From an uncultured Thermodesulfatator sp. (lineage in GTDB: Bacteria > Desulfobacterota > Dissulfuribacteria > Dissulfuribacterales > QOAL01), in contig CAZOMT010000015.1 of the NCBI GenBank assembly GCA_964581255.1, positions 91,186 to 155,185 of the forward strand: a stretch of 64,000 bases of DNA, written 5' to 3'. Both the position numbers and the translations under genes were made by a program. The notes below the pieces were generated by a model. The model did no database searches, had not been told where the DNA came from, and saw only the letters and a list, made by a program, of their open reading frames with translations. Below, in pieces: positions 10,299 to 21,308 of this stretch (the first letter of the stretch is position 1; each line of letters opens with the position of its first letter).

Positions 10299-11246
10299 TT
10301 AGAGCTTGACCGTCCTGTTCCTCCCTTGGTTCTTTGCTTCATAGAGGGCCGAGTCCACGCGGTTTATTATCTCATCCACGTCTTCTCCCTGGTTGGCCTG
10401 GGTGACGCCTATGGAAATGGTGATTTTGATGCTGGTTTGGGGGTGTTTTACCAAGAATCTGAACACTGCGATCTTATTTCTGAGCCTTTCAGCAAGCCGG
10501 CAGGCCTCATCTCCTTTGGTATGGGGAAGTATTATCATAAACTCCTCCCCACCGTAACGATATGCCGAATCTGTCTCCCTTATGCCTTTTTTCAACACCT
10601 CAGCCAACTTCTGGAGCATCTTGTCCCCCACCCTGTGGCCAAAGCTGTCATTTATGTTTTTGAAATGATCTATGTCCACCATCACCAACGACAAGGGATA
10701 CTTGTAACGTTTGATCTTCGCCAGCTCCTTTTTGAGATCGTTTTCAAAAGCCCTCCTGTTTAACAAGCCGGTAAGGGCGTCTATGCGCAGCTTGGATCTG
10801 AGTTCGGCTATTATCTCCGTCTGTTCTTGAAGGCGTTTTTCTGTGTCTTTCGCCTGGGCCTCGAGGGTCCTGTTCTTTAACATCAAGGCTGCAGTCTCTT
10901 TGGTAAAGAGATTGTCCAGGTCCTTTTCTTCTATAGATAGGATAGAGGTTTCCATCTCTCCCACATGCTGTTTGGTGGTGGCAACAAATTCCTTTACGGT
11001 GTCTTTGACTCCTCCCAGTACCTTGTCGGTTTCATCCAGAAAATTTTGCATGGTTTCTGGACAGATATTTTCACACCCTTTTCTCGTAAGAATGGAAGAG
11101 TATTCAAGGCTTCTGGCAACAGCCCAAAATTCTTCAGTATAGGCTTCCGGCCACGGCAGAAGCCCCCTGCCCACCAAACGTTTGAGAGCAGTTCTGGCAG
11201 TTTGAGTGACCTGTTCAGTCAAGGCTGCATTCGTATTTGTTTTCAT
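10299..11246 (-). CDS. Diguanylate cyclase (GGDEF domain) with coiled-coil N-terminus
   Basis: 315 aa with active site RYGGEEF. An RxxD I-site (RETD) lies 5 residues upstream of it. DALTGLLNRRAF marks the start of the domain. Confidence 0.9.
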   Translation of the reverse strand: MKTNTNAALTEQVTQTARTALKRLVGRGLLPWPEAYTEEFWAVARSLEYSSILTRKGCENICPETMQNFLDETDKVLGGVKDTVKEFVATTKQHVGEMETSILSIEEKDLDNLFTKETAALMLKNRTLEAQAKDTEKRLQEQTEIIAELRSKLRIDALTGLLNRRAFENDLKKELAKIKRYKYPLSLVMVDIDHFKNINDSFGHRVGDKMLQKLAEVLKKGIRETDSAYRYGGEEFMIILPHTKGDEACRLAERLRNKIAVFRFLVKHPQTSIKITISIGVTQANQGEDVDEIINRVDSALYEAKNQGRNRTVKL

Positions 11247-11505
11247 ACAGATTTGCCGCGTACTCGGTGAGACAAAATATCCAGATTTAGCTGTTTAAAC
11301 ATAGAGGCATGCCAAATTGAATACACTTGTGCCAACACAAGCTGGCAGCCTGGTTCCCGTTGGGAACTTGACAAACAGCAATTGGGCCCTTCAATGGCCA
11401 TTTTTTTATTTATCGAAAGAAACTAAAGAATTCTTGAGAAGGCATTGAAAAAAAGGGGGCATTTCTTCAATGCATTAGGTTGAAGGGAGCCGAACAGGCA
11501 TCTTC

Positions 11506-11892
11506 TTACTGTTGTTCAAAAAAGATATCACACGGTTTTGGCGGAGACAAAGGATTCCAGCCCTTCATGACCTTGTCATCAAAGCTCTTGTGGCAAAGGA
11601 GGCACTGGCCAGCATTTAGAATGGCATTTAGTTCCCTTTGGTTAAAGGGCCTTAGGTCTGTTCTTGAAGTAAGCACAAGAGCCTTGCCCGATATATCCAC
11701 GAATCCGTCCAACCTTGGACGCTCCTCACAGCGCCGCCTGTCGATGGCGGTGGCTGGAGCAAAATGCCATTTCCCATCTATCTTTTCCAAGGAACCGGCT
11801 CCCAAGCCCATTGCCCTTGGGTCGGTGTGGCATTCCAGGCAAGTTCTCGATTTTTCTGAGGTGGTATGGGGGTCAGTCCAGGATATGGTCAT
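11506..11892 (-). CDS. Dihaem cytochrome c module, in frame with the upstream decahaem ORF (possible C-terminal part of one protein)
   Basis: 128 aa with two CxxCH motifs (CLECH, CLLCH) and no signal peptide. It is in the same frame as 11950..13284, separated by a TGA plus 19 sense codons. Confidence 0.55.
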   Translation of the reverse strand: MTISWTDPHTTSEKSRTCLECHTDPRAMGLGAGSLEKIDGKWHFAPATAIDRRRCEERPRLDGFVDISGKALVLTSRTDLRPFNQRELNAILNAGQCLLCHKSFDDKVMKGWNPLSPPKPCDIFFEQQ

Positions 11893-11949
11893 GCGCCTGA
11901 ATTCCCCTTCCCAATTTCCCCTTTCATCCAGAAAAGAGATGAAGTCTTG

Positions 11950-13284
11950 TCAGCCAGGCACCAGTATGACAACCCTTTCCTTCCCTGTCTTGTGGTCCTG
12001 CTTTATGCCAAGGCTAGGGGCTTCGTATCTCATGTAGGATCTGAATTCCTGCCAGTGTCCGGGGGTTTGCTTGTTGGCAAGCTTGTCGAGTTGATATTTT
12101 GACCTGTCGTTTATCACGTGGCAGCCATAACACTGTGGCACCCACTTGCTATGGCAGGCCTGGCACGAAAGCCTTTCATGTGTGCTATTTCTACACTTGG
12201 CTTTGAGAAACTGGTGCAGGGGATGGAGTTTCTGGTCGTTTTTACCCTTCAGAAAGAATTTGCCATCCTTTTTTACCAGGTTGGTCAGAATGGGATATTT
12301 GGGCTTTTTAAGGTTTTCTTCATAGATCTTTTCAAGCCTTTCCTGTCCATCATGGCAAGTGATGCAAGTCACCTCGAGCTGTTCCTCAAAATGGGCCTTT
12401 TCCTTTCCATCTCCCATAATCTCCCTTTGGCTGTGGCAATCGATGCAGATCATGCCCTTGGCATAATGTATGTCTGGCTCCAGGATCTTTATGAACCTGC
12501 CATCGAAAAGCTGGTTTTCCGAAACGTCCCCATCTTCAAAAGGGGTGCCATATCCTTCTGATTCATAGAGCCCCTTATAAGCAAGGCCAATCCTTCCGCT
12601 TCTGTTGTGGCACCTGACGCAGTTTTTCATCGGTATGTGTTTGGTTATCAAAGGATGATTGGTCTTTCTGCCCTTCTTGTCCAGAGGAGGCTTGTAATTG
12701 TGGCAGGTGGTGCAGCCTCCACCCTTTTCCGACAAAAATCCAGGCAGCGTATGCCTTTGTACCCAAAGATGGCATGTGCCACATAGTTTTCTGTAATAAT
12801 CCACTGCAGGTGTGTCCAGTTTGGACTTCAGGAGCATTTCCACGGTGAGGCCATCGTGATGGTTCTTTGTCTCATTCCAGTAGAAGCGAAGCGTGCTTAT
12901 TATGCCCCTGTTTGTGGCCATGAGGGAGCTTTTTACCCTCTTGACTTGATCTGTGTGGCACCCTTCTTGGCCACATGTCTTCGAAACAATGTAGAGTTCC
13001 CCAGGGTTAAGTATCATCCCCTTGTGGGCAAGTTCTGCCGAACCCGTAAGGGGATTTCCCAGATGACATGTGAAACATCCCAGTACCTTTCGTCCGTGGG
13101 CCTTGTCTGGTCTTTCGTCATGGCACGCTAGACACATGTCTATCTGGCCGCTGGCTGTTCTCGTGACCCTTGACGGAGTATTTATCGCCTTTGCGTAACA
13201 GGTGGGGCAAATCTGGCACAGGAGCTGGTAAAGGCTTGGGGTAAAAAGAATGACAAAAATGAGCAGTCTGCGTTTAAAATGCAT
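11950..13284 (-). CDS. Multihaem c-type cytochrome (about 10 haem sites)
   Basis: I trimmed the start to the ATG at 13284 (MHFKRRLLIFVILF signal/anchor), because the longer track ORF overlaps tRNA-Gly. There are nine CxxCH motifs (CLACH, CFTCH, CGTCH, CTTCH, CVRCH, CIDCH, CITCH, CQACH, CYGCH) plus one CxxxxCH (CGQEGCH). Confidence 0.85.
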   Translation of the reverse strand: MHFKRRLLIFVILFTPSLYQLLCQICPTCYAKAINTPSRVTRTASGQIDMCLACHDERPDKAHGRKVLGCFTCHLGNPLTGSAELAHKGMILNPGELYIVSKTCGQEGCHTDQVKRVKSSLMATNRGIISTLRFYWNETKNHHDGLTVEMLLKSKLDTPAVDYYRKLCGTCHLWVQRHTLPGFLSEKGGGCTTCHNYKPPLDKKGRKTNHPLITKHIPMKNCVRCHNRSGRIGLAYKGLYESEGYGTPFEDGDVSENQLFDGRFIKILEPDIHYAKGMICIDCHSQREIMGDGKEKAHFEEQLEVTCITCHDGQERLEKIYEENLKKPKYPILTNLVKKDGKFFLKGKNDQKLHPLHQFLKAKCRNSTHERLSCQACHSKWVPQCYGCHVINDRSKYQLDKLANKQTPGHWQEFRSYMRYEAPSLGIKQDHKTGKERVVILVPG

Positions 13285-13344
13285 GAGAAAAGGTCTCTTA
13301 AACAAAAAAAGGGCAGCAGCGGCTGCCCGTATCTTTGAACTGCC

Positions 13345-13419
<75 letters not shown>

Positions 13420-13743
13420 CCGTTGTAATTTTTGCGCCTAAATAATAAGAAGCAGTAGTGTGAGTGTCAAGAGGTATCTAGGCCCTTGGCAGTAGCTTGA
13501 TGAGCGGCCAAGCCAAATATTATTCTTAGATGTTGATATACACCAAAATTATCGTAACCACCTTGTTGATTCATGGATAAAGAAATGCTTTCGTGCGGTA
13601 TTTTTGCCAAAATATTTGGGGTAACAGTAAGCACTTGGCGGATAAGAACTCTCCTTTTGGAAAAAACCTTTTTGATTATCGTTTGGAGCCTAAAATTTGA
13701 AATTAAGGTTGGACTTGTAAAAAATTCACCGAATTGATACCTT

Positions 13744-14061
13744 ATGTGCCCTATGAAACAAGGCAGGTGGGAAGCTATAGACAGGGCCAGGAAACTTCTT
13801 GGGCTCATGGAAAAGGCATCACGCAATGAGATACGGGATGCATACAAGAAGGCCTGCCAACAGTGCCATCCTGACATATGCCAGGACGGAGACTGCCAGG
13901 ATCGCATGGCGGAAATAAATGCGGCATACAGGCTGCTCATGGAATATTCAGACGGTTACCGTATCACCTTCCTGCCCAATGAGGACGGCATGAACGACAG
14001 TGAATGGTGGTTTTTTCACTTTGGGCAGGATCCGATATGGGGCGGAAAGAAAGAGGATTGA
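13744..14061 (+). CDS. Small J-domain (DnaJ-like) protein
   Basis: 105 aa. LLGLMEKASRNEIRDAYKKACQQCHPDICQ...MAEINAAYRLLMEY fits J-domain helices II-III with the HPD tripeptide. It ends 3 nt before lysC. Confidence 0.7.
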   Translation: MCPMKQGRWEAIDRARKLLGLMEKASRNEIRDAYKKACQQCHPDICQDGDCQDRMAEINAAYRLLMEYSDGYRITFLPNEDGMNDSEWWFFHFGQDPIWGGKKED

Positions 14062-14064
14062 GAT

Positions 14065-15282
14065 ATGGCTCTTGTTGTTCAGAAATATGGCGGCACTTCC
14101 GTAGCCAACTGCAGAAGGATCAAGCGGGTTGCTGAAAAGGTCATTGCCAGGAAAGAAGAAGGTGATGACGTGGTGGTGGTTTTGTCTGCAATGGCTGGGC
14201 AGACAAATTACCTCCTGGGCCTTGCCATGGAGATGCAGGCCCATCCTGATAAGAGAGAGCTTGATGTGCTTCTGTCCACAGGGGAACAGGTTACAATCTC
14301 CCTGTTTTCTATGGCTGTAAAGGCCATGGGCCATGACGCAAGATCTTTCCTGGGTTATCAGATACCTGTGGAAACAGACGCCTCTCACAGCAAGGCAAGG
14401 ATTCAAAACATTCCCACTGAAAAGCTCAAAGAGGCCATAGGCCAGGGGATCATTCCAGTTGTTGCCGGGTTTCAGGGCGTTACCCCAGATGGCGATATCA
14501 CAACACTTGGAAGGGGAGGCTCGGATACCACGGCGGTTGCAGTGGCAGTGGCCCTTGGAGCGGATGTGTGTGAAATATATACAGACGTTGATGGTGTTTA
14601 TACGACAGATCCGAATATATGCCCATCTGCTAGAAAGATCGAGCGCATCTCCTATGAGGAGATGCTAGAGATGGCAAGCCTTGGTGCAAAGGTGCTTGAG
14701 ATAAGATCAGTTGAGTTTGCCATGCGTTATGGCATGCCTATACACGTACGGTCCAGTTTTACCAGTGCCCCTGGCACCATGGTGGTCAAGGAGGATGAAT
14801 TGATGGAAGACGTTTTGGTTTCAAGCGTGACATACAGTAGAGACGAGGCCAGGATAACCGTAAAGAAGGTGCCTGACAGGCCTGGCATAGCTGCAATGAT
14901 TTTCAATCCCATATCAGAAGCCAATATCATTGTGGATATGATCATACAAAATACCAGGGCCGGAGACCTGACTGATATGACCTTTACTGTGCCAAAGGGC
15001 GATTTTGACCAGGCCATGTCCATTGTGGAAAAGACTGCCCAAGAGATAGGCGCAGAAAGCGTTGCAGGAGACAAAAATATAGCGAAGGTCTCCATAGTGG
15101 GTGTGGGAATGAGGAATCATGCAGGTATTGCCAGCAAGATGTTTGACATACTTGCCAGGCACAATGTCAACATACTTATGATCAGTACCTCTGAGATAAA
15201 GGTTTCGTGTATAATAGATGAGAAATACACAGAGCTTGCCGTAAGGGCGCTTCACGAAGGATTTGGATTGGACAAAAAGTAA
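14065..15282 (+). CDS. lysC: Aspartate kinase
   Basis: 405 aa with [29 protein letters not shown] and C-terminal ACT repeats. Confidence 0.96.
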   Translation: MALVVQKYGGTSVANCRRIKRVAEKVIARKEEGDDVVVVLSAMAGQTNYLLGLAMEMQAHPDKRELDVLLSTGEQVTISLFSMAVKAMGHDARSFLGYQIPVETDASHSKARIQNIPTEKLKEAIGQGIIPVVAGFQGVTPDGDITTLGRGGSDTTAVAVAVALGADVCEIYTDVDGVYTTDPNICPSARKIERISYEEMLEMASLGAKVLEIRSVEFAMRYGMPIHVRSSFTSAPGTMVVKEDELMEDVLVSSVTYSRDEARITVKKVPDRPGIAAMIFNPISEANIIVDMIIQNTRAGDLTDMTFTVPKGDFDQAMSIVEKTAQEIGAESVAGDKNIAKVSIVGVGMRNHAGIASKMFDILARHNVNILMISTSEIKVSCIIDEKYTELAVRALHEGFGLDKK

Positions 15283-15394
15283 GAGGGGTGGCCGTTACTA
15301 CTGCTTCTTGTGGACAGGCCCTGGCAAAGCCCTTCAGGCAGGTGCTGTTTAGTGGGCTCTATAAAATATTGGATGTTTTTAAGGTTGATTATAA

Positions 15395-16987
15395 ATGAAG
15401 AAGAACATAGAAATCTATGACACCACCTTGAGAGATGGCACCCAGGCGGAAAATTTCAACCTTTCGGTAGAGGACAAGATACGTATTGCCTTGAAGCTCG
15501 ATGATCTGGGGATAGATTTCATAGAGGGGGGATGGCCTGGGTCCAATCCAAAGGATCAACAGTTTTTCGCTGAAATCAAAAACTATAATTTCAAGCATAG
15601 TCAAATAGCGGCTTTTGGCAGCACCCATATGGCCAAAAACCGTGCTGAGGAAGATCCAAATCTCAAGGCGTTGGTGGATTCTGGCTCGCCTGCGGTAACC
15701 ATATTTGGAAAGAGTTGGGATATCCACGTGCGGGATGCCCTGCGCATAAGCCTGGAAAGAAATCTCGAAATAATCAGAGATTCCCTCAAATTCTTAAGGC
15801 AAAGAGTGAAGGTTCTTTTTTATGATGCCGAGCACTTTTTCGATGGTTTCAAGGCTGATCGTCAATACGCCCTTGCAACCTTGAGGACTGCAAAGGAATC
15901 AGGTGCCGAGTGTCTGGTGCTTTGCGACACAAACGGAGGCACCATGCCTGGTGAGATCGTAGACATAGTGGGCCAAGTTCAGAAGGAATTGGGCGAGGAT
16001 ATAAGGCTTGGGATACATTGCCACAACGATTCAGAGATGGCAGTGGCAAATTCGGTGCTTGCCGTCACAGCAGGAGTGACTCAGGTCCAGGGAACCATGA
16101 ATGGATTTGGAGAAAGGTGTGGAAATGCCAATCTCTGCTCTATAATACCTGCCCTTGTGCTCAAGATGGGTTTTGACTGTGAGGCTGCCAAGAATCTCAA
16201 GAAACTTACAAGTACTGCCAGATACATTTACGAGATTGCAAATCTTGCCCCCAATAAGTATCAGCCCTATGTTGGGGCAAGCGCCTTTGCCCACAAGGGT
16301 GGCATACACGTGAGTGCTGTACAGCGAAATCCTGAGACATATGAGCATATAAGGCCAGAGCTTGTTGGAAATGTTCAACGCATCCTAGTGTCTGATCTTT
16401 CAGGTAAGAGCAACATACTTGCAAAGGCTAGGCAGTTTGGCCTCGACCTCGAAAGTGACGATCCCCTTGTGATGGAAATCGTCTCACGTCTCAAGGAGCT
16501 AGAGGCCCAGGGCTTTCAGTTTGAGGGTGCAGAGGCATCTTTTGAGCTCCTTATGAGAAGGGCAAGCGGAACCCAGAGGAAGTATTTCGATCTCTTGGGA
16601 TTCAGGGTCTTTGACCAGAAGATGAAGGAAGACGAGCCTCCTCAAGCAGAGGCGACAGTAATGGTAAGGGTGGGCGGCAGGATCGAGCATACGGCAGCAG
16701 TGGGTAACGGGCCGGTAAACGCCCTTGACAATGCCATCCGAAAGGCCCTTGAGACCTTTTATCCCCAGCTTAAGGACATGAGCCTTGTTGACTACAAGGT
16801 GAGAGTCCTGCCAGACAGCCCAGGGACAGGGGCCAAGGTGCGGGTCTTGATAGAATCAAAGGACAAAAAGGATAAATGGGGCACTGTTGGAGTTTCCCAC
16901 GATATCATAGAGGCCAGCTGGCAGGCCCTAGTGGATGGCATTTGCTACAAGCTTTTGAAAAGTGAAGGAAAGAACCAAAAGTCCTGA
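15395..16987 (+). CDS. cimA: Citramalate synthase (LeuA/CimA family)
   Basis: 530 aa with [28 protein letters not shown] and [13 protein letters not shown]. The length and N-terminus match the CimA-type branch of the isopropylmalate/citramalate synthase family. Confidence 0.85.
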   Translation: MKKNIEIYDTTLRDGTQAENFNLSVEDKIRIALKLDDLGIDFIEGGWPGSNPKDQQFFAEIKNYNFKHSQIAAFGSTHMAKNRAEEDPNLKALVDSGSPAVTIFGKSWDIHVRDALRISLERNLEIIRDSLKFLRQRVKVLFYDAEHFFDGFKADRQYALATLRTAKESGAECLVLCDTNGGTMPGEIVDIVGQVQKELGEDIRLGIHCHNDSEMAVANSVLAVTAGVTQVQGTMNGFGERCGNANLCSIIPALVLKMGFDCEAAKNLKKLTSTARYIYEIANLAPNKYQPYVGASAFAHKGGIHVSAVQRNPETYEHIRPELVGNVQRILVSDLSGKSNILAKARQFGLDLESDDPLVMEIVSRLKELEAQGFQFEGAEASFELLMRRASGTQRKYFDLLGFRVFDQKMKEDEPPQAEATVMVRVGGRIEHTAAVGNGPVNALDNAIRKALETFYPQLKDMSLVDYKVRVLPDSPGTGAKVRVLIESKDKKDKWGTVGVSHDIIEASWQALVDGICYKLLKSEGKNQKS

Positions 16988-17354
16988 CAGAACCCTTCTG
17001 CTGGCACCATCGGCCTTACTCCTTTTTGTTTTGGCCATGTGGCTGGTGGTACTGGTGAATGCCCTGATGCCACTTTGGGAACCAGGGCAGGCTCCTGTTG
17101 CCAGTTTAGGGGATGTTCCAGAGGATGCGCGGGCCTTTGTCTTTTTCAGACAGGCTGATATCAACACCATTGACATTGAAGGGCTTATTTTGATTCCTGG
17201 CATTGGCCAAAACAGCGCTCAAAAGATCTTGGATTACAGGGACGCCTATGGGTTTATCCTTGATGTGGACGAACTCTTTGAGCCGCAGGGCCCCCTTGGT
17301 CTGAGGAAGAAGCCGGTCGTGCACGCCTTTTTAAGGGCCCTGGATGATTTCTGA
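16962..17354 (+). CDS. ComEA-like helix-hairpin-helix protein with N-terminal anchor
   Basis: 130 aa with a TM segment ([21 protein letters not shown]) and an HhH motif ([24 protein letters not shown]). Confidence 0.65.
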   Translation: MKERTKSPDRTLLLAPSALLLFVLAMWLVVLVNALMPLWEPGQAPVASLGDVPEDARAFVFFRQADINTIDIEGLILIPGIGQNSAQKILDYRDAYGFILDVDELFEPQGPLGLRKKPVVHAFLRALDDF

Positions 17355-17539
17355 TCTATGCCATGTTGCATGATCCACTCATGCCATCTGCCTGCATCTT
17401 TGACAAAGGCCTAAAATTAAATGGCTTGGAGGGTTGAGGATGTTTTGAGGCAGGTCTATTTGTTAAGGGTCTTTTCAAGTATATCTTGTATGACTCGGGT
17501 TTTATCTGATTTTCTAGGAATAATAGAGGAAAGACTATT

Positions 17540-18319
17540 ATGACAACAGGTCACGGCGCAGAAATTATAGCAATGGCAGGAAAGGGTGGCACTGGCAAGA
17601 CCACCCTTACAGCCCTTTTAATAAAATATCTTGTTGAATCAGGCCTTACTCCAGTCCTTGCGGTGGACGCAGACGCAAATGCCAATCTGAACGAGCTTCT
17701 TGGATTGGAAGTCGGCGTGACGCTGGGTGAGATCAGGGACAGGATGAAGACAGAAACTCCCCAGGGCATGACCAAGAACGAATTCATGGAACTCCACATC
17801 AATCAGGCCGTAATCGAGGCCCCTGGCTTTGATTTGCTCGTAATGGGCCAGCCAGAGGGGCCAGGCTGTTATTGCATGGCAAATTCCATACTTGCCCAAG
17901 TCATGGAAAAGCTAGCGAGGAACTATCGGTATCTGCTCGTGGACAATGAGGCTGGCATGGAACATTTGAGCAGGCTCAACTTGAGGAAGATCCACACCCT
18001 CTTCGTGGTTTCTGACCCATCGGCAAGAGGCGTGCTAACTGCTGCGCGTATAGCCGACCTTACAAAATCCCTTCAAGTGGACGTGAAACAGAAGGTCCTC
18101 GTGGTAAACAGAGTGCCCAAGGATATTCCAGACGCACTGGACAAACACGTGAGGGAGGCAGTAGCCAAGACAGATCTGGAGTTCGGAGGCTACCTTCCGG
18201 CAAGTGATGAGATTTTTAAAAAGGAAATGGCCCAGGAATCTCTATTGGATTTGTCAGTCGATACCCCAGCGGTAAAAAACGCCTTCGATATCTTCAAAAG
18301 ATTTCTTGGTAGCGGATAG
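17540..18319 (+). CDS. cooC: CooC/AcsF-type Ni-insertion ATPase (CO dehydrogenase maturation factor family)
   Basis: 259 aa with the deviant Walker A GKGGTGKTT and the CxC metal motif (GPGCYCMANS) typical of CooC. Confidence 0.8.
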   Translation: MTTGHGAEIIAMAGKGGTGKTTLTALLIKYLVESGLTPVLAVDADANANLNELLGLEVGVTLGEIRDRMKTETPQGMTKNEFMELHINQAVIEAPGFDLLVMGQPEGPGCYCMANSILAQVMEKLARNYRYLLVDNEAGMEHLSRLNLRKIHTLFVVSDPSARGVLTAARIADLTKSLQVDVKQKVLVVNRVPKDIPDALDKHVREAVAKTDLEFGGYLPASDEIFKKEMAQESLLDLSVDTPAVKNAFDIFKRFLGSG

Positions 18320-18606
18320 ATATTATTTGCAAAAAGAATAAAGACCGTATCTGCCAGAGCCTGGAATGAAAGTGTATTTTTTGTATGTATTTTCAGGGTA
18401 GTTGCCTTTTGGATCCAATTCCAGCAGCCTTCCTTCATGCCTTGTAGCCCTGCATGGCCTCCTTCTAGGGCCAGATGATGGGCACAAACCATATGGACGT
18501 GTCAGGGACTCCTGTTGTTTCATTGGCTTCAAATAACCTGTCTCTGTTCATATCCATTTCCGATACCATATCTCTTTCAGATACTCTTTTGCTCGAAGAA
18601 CAGGTT

Positions 18607-21171
18607 TTAATGCTGGTAGTTTATTACCCCGGTTCTTAAAAGCAGCTTTTCCACCTCCACTGCCAAAAATACCAGAACGGCAGCTGACAGGCAGATTGCC
18701 ATTTCTTCCGCGCTCAAAGGGGCTACCCGCATAAGGTCTGAGATTCCAGGTAGATAGATAACAGCGATTTGAGCTGCCGTTGTGGCCAAAACGGTAACGG
18801 TAAGGGGGAGATTAGACATGAGCCCCTGACTGAACAGGGACAACTTGTCAGACCTTATGGCAAGGACATGAGCAAGTTGGCAGAAGGCCAGGGACGAAAA
18901 AATCATTGTCTGCCAGTGTGCGCCAATGATCATGCCTATTTTCTGTACGCCAAGGCATATGGCTGTCATGAATGGGGCCATCCACAAAAGGTGTTGCCAG
19001 ACACCCCTGGCAAAAAGGCTTTCGTTAGGAGGACGTGGCGGCCTTTTCATCACATCTTCTTCTGCAGGCTCAGCCACCAAGGCAAGGCAGGGGGCGCCAT
19101 CTGATATGAGATTTATCCATAGGATCTGTATGGGAACAAGTGGTATAGGCAGACCAAAAAAAGGTGCAAGAAAGATTATGAGTATCTCGGCAGAGTTGCT
19201 GGCAAGAAGGTATTTCAGAAATTTCCGGATGTTGTCGTAGATTCTGCGGCCAATCTCTATAGACCGGACTATGGTGGCAAAGTTGTCGTCAAGGAGTATG
19301 AGGTCTGAGGCCTGTTTTGCCACATCTGTTCCATTTATGCCCATAGCAACCCCGATATCTGCCTGCTTGAGTGCTGGGGCATCGTTTACTCCATCTCCTG
19401 TCATGGCGACTGCCTCGCCATTTTTTTGAAGGGCAGATACCAGCATTAGCTTTTGTTCCGGGCTGATCCTGGCATAGACCCTGGCCCTTTTCACGGTCTT
19501 ACAAAGTTCTTGCTGGTTCATGGCGGAAAGGACATCGCCTGTGACGACCTGTGCTTCATCTCCTGGCCTTAAAAGCCCTATCTTTTTTGCTATGTGAACC
19601 GCAGTATCTGGATGGTCTCCAGTTATCATTACAGCCACTATTCCCGCGCTGAAACAGGTGGATACAGCCTGGGGCACCTCTGGCCTCGGCGGATCAATAA
19701 GTCCTACCATACCGAGAAAAGTCATTTTCTTTTCTGCCTCATCTAGAGGCTCTGGTATGCTTTCCAGCCTCTTGAAAGAAAGGGCCAGGACCCTTAACCC
19801 CTTTTCAGCGAGGTTTTGGCTCATCTTTCTTGTCTCTTCGATAGTCATGTCTGGGCATCTGGCAGCAATCGCCTCTGGGCTGCCCTTTGAAAGGGCTACA
19901 AAATCCCCTTGGGGTGTCTTGTGAATGGTGGTCATGCACATGCGGTTGGAACTGAAGGGGATTTCTGCAACCAGTGGGTATTCCTCTTCCAAATCCTCCC
20001 TGTGGATTCCAAGTTTAAGCGCCTTTTCTACAAGGGCCGTTTCGGTAGGGTCACCAAGTAGGCGACCATCTGACGACTGTGTAACGTGATTGCAAAGGGC
20101 AAGCACCAGAAGGGCAGGCCTGGGCATGCTTGTTTCATCCAGGATTCTTCCGTCCTTTCCAAGGATTTTTTCCACCTTCATGCGGTTCATGGTGATGGTA
20201 CCTGTTTTGTCGGAACATATATAGGTGACGGAACCGAGGGTCTCCACTGCAGGCAAGTTTCTGGCAAGGGCCTTCTTCCTGGCAAGCTCTCTGGCACCCA
20301 TGGCAAGAGAAATGGTCACTACTGCAGGCAGGGCTTCTGGAACAGCGGCGACTGCAAGGCTCACTGCCGTAAGAAAGATGTCCAACAGGCTTGAATTGCC
20401 CAAAAGACCCGACAGGAAGACCAAAATGCAAATTCCTATGACCCAGATGGTGAGTCTTTTCCCAAGGGTGGCAAGGCGTTTTTGAAGAGGAGTCATCTCC
20501 ACTCCAGCTTGCTCTATAAGTCTTGCAATGGATGCAAATCTGGTGCTTGAGCCAGTGGCCTTAACTATCCCTATGCCCCTTCCATGGACTGCCACAGTGC
20601 CCATGAAGAGTATGCTGTCTTCTTCCTTTCCGTGTTCCTTGGCAGGACTTTTGGGCACGCTCACTGACTCCCCTGTCAGGGCAGATTCATCTATCTTGAG
20701 GTCAGTGCCTCTTATTAGGAGAATGTCTGCTGGTATTATGTCTCCAGCCTCGATTTCAACTAGATCTCCAGGTACAAGGGCAGATGCTGCTATCCTTTGA
20801 TGTTTCCCGTCCCGGATTACCAATGCTGTGGGAGCAGCCATCTTCTTTAGAGCTGTCAGGGCCTTTTCCGCCTTAAATTCCTGTATGGATTCAATAATGG
20901 TGTTTAGCATCAGGATGAGCAGGATAGCTATCCCGTCATGCAGCTGCCCCAGGGCTATTGAAACAGCGGCTCCTGCCATGAGGAGGAGTATTAAAGGGCT
21001 TTTAAACTGAGAGATTATGGATGAGACTACAGATCGTCTTTTGGTTTCAGCCAGTTCGTTGGGGCCAAATTGTTCAAGGCGTCTTTTGGCCTCTTGCTCC
21101 GAAAGGCCTCTGTCCAGAAAAGACTCTGAATATTCTAACCCTTTTGGGGATATGACCTCGACACCATTCAT
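18607..21171 (-). CDS. Cation-transporting P-type ATPase (P2-type, Ca2+/Mg2+-like)
   Basis: 854 aa with TGES, the phosphorylation site DKTGTITMN, hinge [10 protein letters not shown] and about 10 TM segments. Confidence 0.92.
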   Translation of the reverse strand: MNGVEVISPKGLEYSESFLDRGLSEQEAKRRLEQFGPNELAETKRRSVVSSIISQFKSPLILLLMAGAAVSIALGQLHDGIAILLILMLNTIIESIQEFKAEKALTALKKMAAPTALVIRDGKHQRIAASALVPGDLVEIEAGDIIPADILLIRGTDLKIDESALTGESVSVPKSPAKEHGKEEDSILFMGTVAVHGRGIGIVKATGSSTRFASIARLIEQAGVEMTPLQKRLATLGKRLTIWVIGICILVFLSGLLGNSSLLDIFLTAVSLAVAAVPEALPAVVTISLAMGARELARKKALARNLPAVETLGSVTYICSDKTGTITMNRMKVEKILGKDGRILDETSMPRPALLVLALCNHVTQSSDGRLLGDPTETALVEKALKLGIHREDLEEEYPLVAEIPFSSNRMCMTTIHKTPQGDFVALSKGSPEAIAARCPDMTIEETRKMSQNLAEKGLRVLALSFKRLESIPEPLDEAEKKMTFLGMVGLIDPPRPEVPQAVSTCFSAGIVAVMITGDHPDTAVHIAKKIGLLRPGDEAQVVTGDVLSAMNQQELCKTVKRARVYARISPEQKLMLVSALQKNGEAVAMTGDGVNDAPALKQADIGVAMGINGTDVAKQASDLILLDDNFATIVRSIEIGRRIYDNIRKFLKYLLASNSAEILIIFLAPFFGLPIPLVPIQILWINLISDGAPCLALVAEPAEEDVMKRPPRPPNESLFARGVWQHLLWMAPFMTAICLGVQKIGMIIGAHWQTMIFSSLAFCQLAHVLAIRSDKLSLFSQGLMSNLPLTVTVLATTAAQIAVIYLPGISDLMRVAPLSAEEMAICLSAAVLVFLAVEVEKLLLRTGVINYQH

Positions 21172-21308
21172 GAAACATCAGTTAATCATATAGTATCCTA
21201 TTGGCAACCCTAGAGAGGAACTCGATCAGGAAATTGGACATGCGCTTTTTGTGTGTCCATATTATATGCAGAACAGAAGACACTTTTCATCCAAGGGGGT
21301 TGTTTAAG

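Noticed and set aside
11880-11949. Hairpin UUCAUC-N9-GAUGAA just downstream of the in-frame UGA, considered as a SECIS element.
   Set aside because: It has only 6 bp, and I cannot see the apical-loop features of bacterial SECIS elements. I keep it as a note inside the finding, not as a feature.
17379-17387. TGATCCACT 9-mer upstream of cooC, identical to the DnaA-box-like 9-mer at 2542..2550.
   Set aside because: A single extra copy of a 9-mer in 64 kb on both strands is about what chance predicts.
18320-18606. Short ORFs in the gap between cooC and the P-type ATPase (for example MVSEMDMNRDRLFEANETTGVPDTSIWFVPIIWP, and 18190..18492).
   Set aside because: They have no RBS, overlap the 3' ends of the flanking genes, and have no recognisable domain. 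They may be a gene remnant, but I cannot support that.
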